Assembly (NCBI RefSeq): GCF_006345805.1
Contig: NC_043000.1
Location: 96,348,001 to 96,412,000 of the forward strand
Source: Octopus sinensis
Taxonomy: Eukaryota
DNA length: 64,000 nt
Direction of reading: 5' to 3'
In this document: in pieces, positions 63,983-64,000 of the stretch
Position numbering within the stretch: position 1 is the stretch's first letter
Layout: every line of letters starts with the position of its first letter
Made by a program: the position numbers and the translations under genes
Notes under the pieces: model-generated
The model's input: the letters and a program-made list of their open reading frames with translations, nothing else
Database searches by the model: none
What the model was told of the DNA's origin: nothing

Positions 63983-64000
63983 ATAAAAAGTTTGTTACAC

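Noticed and set aside
56642-64000. Search for the next upstream AGMO exon (RNxYCIDKNY...WD motif)
   Set aside because: No matching sequence found; it probably lies beyond the window end

Overview
AT-rich (TA/TG-microsatellite-laden) eukaryotic genomic DNA; the repeat families and gene sequences point to a coleoid cephalopod, most likely Octopus (inference). Three spliced protein-coding genes were assembled by hand from GT-AG exons: PSMA2 (proteasome alpha-2; + strand, exons 2-7 at 802-9347, exon 1 upstream of the window), a complete SKAP1/2-like adaptor (+ strand, 8 coding exons, 17830-41606, 412 aa: dimerisation helix, PH, Tyr/Pro-rich linker, SH3) and the 3' five exons of AGMO (alkylglycerol monooxygenase; - strand, 45086-56642, convergent with SKAP). 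The human orthologues of all three lie on 7p. Introns and intergenic DNA are filled with transposon remains: CR1-type and RTE LINEs, mariner, Tigger/pogo, a full-length decayed Chapaev3-like element, hAT, piggyBac-like and Tc2/pogo MITEs, and several tRNA-headed SINE families. The most notable unannotated signal is a set of type I hammerhead ribozyme motifs in short non-coding elements inserted into (TA)n tracts. The best is a structurally complete minimal hammerhead with a compensatory U3-A8 core (22088-22130, -) inside a 358-nt-period direct/inverted-repeat element resembling a Penelope pseudo-LTR or retrozyme. A near-intact second one is at 52863-52913 (+), and four decayed loci are also present. 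Repeat boundaries are approximate unless a TSD or TIR is quoted; no database searches could be run.
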